From: Mobula hypostoma
Taxonomy: Eukaryota
DNA length: 64,000 nt
Reading direction: 5' to 3'
NCBI RefSeq assembly: GCF_963921235.1
Contig: NC_086097.1
Span: forward strand, 35,776,001 to 35,840,000
The translations under genes and the position numbers were made by a program. The notes beneath the pieces were generated by a model that saw only the letters and a program-made list of their open reading frames with translations, did not search any database and was not told where the DNA came from. Of the stretch, positions 61,144 to 64,000 are shown piece by piece; the stretch's first letter is position 1, and the number at the start of each line of letters is the position of its first letter.

Positions 61144-61612
61144 TAGACCATAAAACCATAAGCGACAGGAGCAGAATTAGGCATTTCAGCCCATCGAGTC
61201 TGCTCTGCCATTTCATCATGGATGATCCATTTTTCCTCTCAGCCCCTTTCTCCTTCCTTCTCCTTGGAACATTTCAAGACCTGACTAATCAAGAACCTAT
61301 CAACCTCCACCTTAAATACAACCAATGACCTGGCCTCCACAGCCACCTGTGCAAACGAATTCCACAAATTCTGCACCCTTGGGCTAAAGAAATTCCTCCT
61401 CATCTCCGTTCGAAATGGACGACCCTCTATTCTGAAGCTGTGATCTCTGGTCCACTCTCCCACCATAGGAAACATCCTCTCCACGTCCACTTTACCTGGG
61501 TCTTTCAATGCTCAATAGGTATCAATGAGATCCACCTGTCATTCTTCTAAATTCCAGTGAGTACCGGCCCAGAGCCATCAATCGCATCTCAGACAAATAA
61601 CCCCTTCATTCT
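61144..61612 (-). mobile_element. CR1 3' end
   Basis: ORF 61239-61508 EMRRNFFSPRVQNLWNS; GACCATAA tail. Confidence 0.9.
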
Positions 61613-63061
61613 AGGCCAGCGTATTTTTATTTCCATGAAATTCTATCCATTCCTTAGAGCAAAACAAAAATTTGTGTACAAAGAAGATTGGCAGTGAATC
61701 TTATATCGCAAAAGAAAGATAACAAGGTACCTAATGATAATTATAAGCTCATTAGATCAGCAAATCTATAATTATGGCAAATGAGAAATTAATGTACATT
61801 TAAAAATAATGAAGGCAAAAGTAGATGTATTGCTTGAAGCATTTTAATATGCTTTGTTTGAAGTTTTTTAAACTTCAATCCTTTATTTGCTCATGTACAT
61901 CAAGATAATTACATGTGTTAGTTAATTCATAAGATTTGTCATGCCAGAGAGCTTATAGATAGATTATATATTTAGTTTACGTGCCTGATAATTACACTGA
62001 ATTAGTAGAAAGCCAAAGCAGATGCTGCATTCATGTTGTATCAGGGTAGACTCCAGCAACTTCCAATCAGAAAGCCTGACTTTTCAAGATCTCTGACAGA
62101 TCGAATTCAACGGCAAACCAACCTAGAACGAAACCTCATAAGTTCATATCAGGCATTCTATCAAGAAGATGCATTGCTTGGTGAATGCTATTGGCATCTG
62201 CAAAAGATATTGCCAAGTCCAGGAGACAGTCTTTGAAAGGAAGTATAAAGAATGCAATCAATGCATGGTAAGTGCACAGATTATTAATCACTGAATGCTT
62301 AGTGATGCAAGATGTTCCAAAGAATATTGATCTGGCTCAGAACTGTGAAGTAATATTTCATACAAACACCTATTGCATCCATTAAATTCAAACAAGCACA
62401 TTGAACAATTGGGGAAAAAATGCAGTGTGATAGCGGCAGGGTGGAGGAAGTGGGGTGATACTTAGGGAATTGTTATTAAGTAAAAGGCACCTCTTCCTTG
62501 AATATGTAATTAAATGCAAAATGATAAGGCTAATATTGCAATGCCACTTAGATTTGCCAGCTACAGGAGCTTTAAATATAATTATGAGTGGTAACACCTG
62601 TGACCAGTTTTCCTGGTGACAGACAAGGTGCAGCATGCTGTTTCAGGACATTTGCCAAAAGTTCTCCAATAATTCCCTCACCTACAGGTGACAGTTATTC
62701 GCTGTCCTAACCCAACAAGCAGCTGCACCAAATTTATCTCTTCTTTCCAAACCAATTTCAATCCAGGTGCCATGCACAGTAGACAATTTGGGCAATACAA
62801 GTACTTGATTGTAGTAGAGATAGACACACAGCATTTCTTTTCTAGAACATATAACAGTCCAGCCCTTCACCCCACAATGTTGTGCTGAACTAATTAAAAT
62901 AGTAGTTAAAATACCTAAACCTTTCTGCCTACAAAATGTCCATGTCCCTCCATTCTCTGCACATTCACATGCCTACCTGTGTAAAGAAACAGATTTTTGT
63001 GTTCACAGTATTCTCTGTGCCACTCAGCGCATTCAGGCTCTGGATGGGTGGAATTTGTAAA

Positions 63062-63270
63062 AAGCGAGTATGGAATGAGCTGCCAGATGAGGTGGTAAAT
63101 GCGAGTTCTTTTTTAACATTTAAGAATGAATTGGACAGATACATGGATGGGAGGTGTATGGAGGGATATGGTCCGTGTGCAGGTCAGTGGGACTGGACAG
63201 AAAATGGTTCAGCACAGCCAAGAAGGGCCAAAGGGCCTGTTTCTGTGCTGTAGTTTCTATGGTTCTATGG
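63062..63270 (+). mobile_element. CR1 3' end
   Basis: VWNELPDEVV..FKNELDRYM, GGGCCAAAGGGCCTGTTTCTG, (TTCTATGG) tail. Confidence 0.85.
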
Positions 63271-63292
63271 TGTCTAGGAAAGTTTCCTGTCT

Positions 63293-63336
63293 CAAAATAT
63301 AGAGGGATCAAAATATAGAGGGATCAAAATATAGAG
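63293..63336. repeat. 16-bp tandem repeat, about 2.8 copies (CAAAATATAGAGGGAT)
   Basis: Direct reading. Confidence 0.9.
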
Positions 63337-63339
63337 AGC

Positions 63340-64000
63340 TCTACTCAGGAGGGTGCAATACTGGAACTCCTCTTAGGGAACGAGGCAGGGCAACTAACTG
63401 AAGTGGCTGTTGGAGAATTTTGACTCTAGTGACCATAATTCTGTTAGTTTTAATATAGTGTTGGATAGGATAGGGCCACAGGTTAGGGTCCTAACCTGGA
63501 GCAGAGCAGGGCTAATTTTGGGGAATTAGGCAGGAGCCGACAGAGTTTAATTGGGTGAGCCTGTTTGAAGGGGAAGGAATTAACGGCAAGGGAGAGGTTT
63601 TCATTTATCAAGACTCCAGGAAGAGCATGTTCCTGTTAAGGTGAAGGGTAAACCTTACAAGTTTAGGGAAACTTGGCGACAAGAAATATTGAGTATCTGG
63701 TCAAGAAAAAGTAGGAAACATATGTTGTGTTTAGGAGGTCCACAACATGTGAATCACTTCTTGACTATAAAAAGATTAAGAATACACTTGAGGGAAATCA
63801 GGGGGACAAAGAGAGTATGAGTTGGATCAGCCAGGTAAGGATAAGGAAAACCCCAAGAGGTTCTACAGCTATATTAAGAATAAAAGGGTAGCAGGGGAGA
63901 CAGTAAAATGCCTTAAAGATCTGCTGGGCTGCCTATGTCTCAAGCCACAGGAGATCGGAGAGATTTTTAAGGAATATTTCTCCTCATTGGCTGCTCAAAA
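63340..64000 (+). mobile_element. CR1 endonuclease-to-tether fragment running off the window
   Basis: TQEGAIL.LLLGNE.GQ, SSDHNSV.F, IKENPKRFYSYIKNKRV. Confidence 0.85.

Noticed and set aside
1..64000. Host protein-coding genes from the ORF track
   Set aside because: Recognisable ORFs are transposon fragments or their antisense frames; the rest are short and lack supported splice structure
1..64000. CRISPR array, operon or other prokaryotic system
   Set aside because: Repeats are dispersed vertebrate retroelements; there is no regular repeat-spacer periodicity

Overview
Eukaryotic, repeat-saturated, non-genic (intergenic or intronic) vertebrate DNA. The repeat mix (CR1 LINEs with octamer tails, an HE1-like V-SINE, Rex1/Babar-like LINEs, Penelope-like elements, Deu-domain SINE relics) suggests a cartilaginous fish, probably a ray; this is inference. 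I found no credible host protein-coding gene, and the recognisable ORFs are transposon fragments. The strongest signal is a Neptune-type Penelope-like element (PLE) family whose terminal repeat carries a minimal type-I hammerhead ribozyme (AGUC-CUGAnGA-stemII-GAAA-CG-UC-GACU), present in more than 15 copies. These range from an RT+GIY-YIG copy, through fold-back copies with head-to-head hammerheads, to non-coding 140-225 bp mini-elements with their own target-site duplications (TSDs). Hammerheads in PLEs are known in general; the mini and fold-back derivatives and their two fixed end-points deserve follow-up. Also present: a deleted hAT transposon with a nested MITE, a 6-bp-TSD MITE with two right ends, a 5'-inverted RTE, a fold-back SINE and several multi-level nested insertions. 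All coordinates were read by eye; boundaries of old repeats are approximate.
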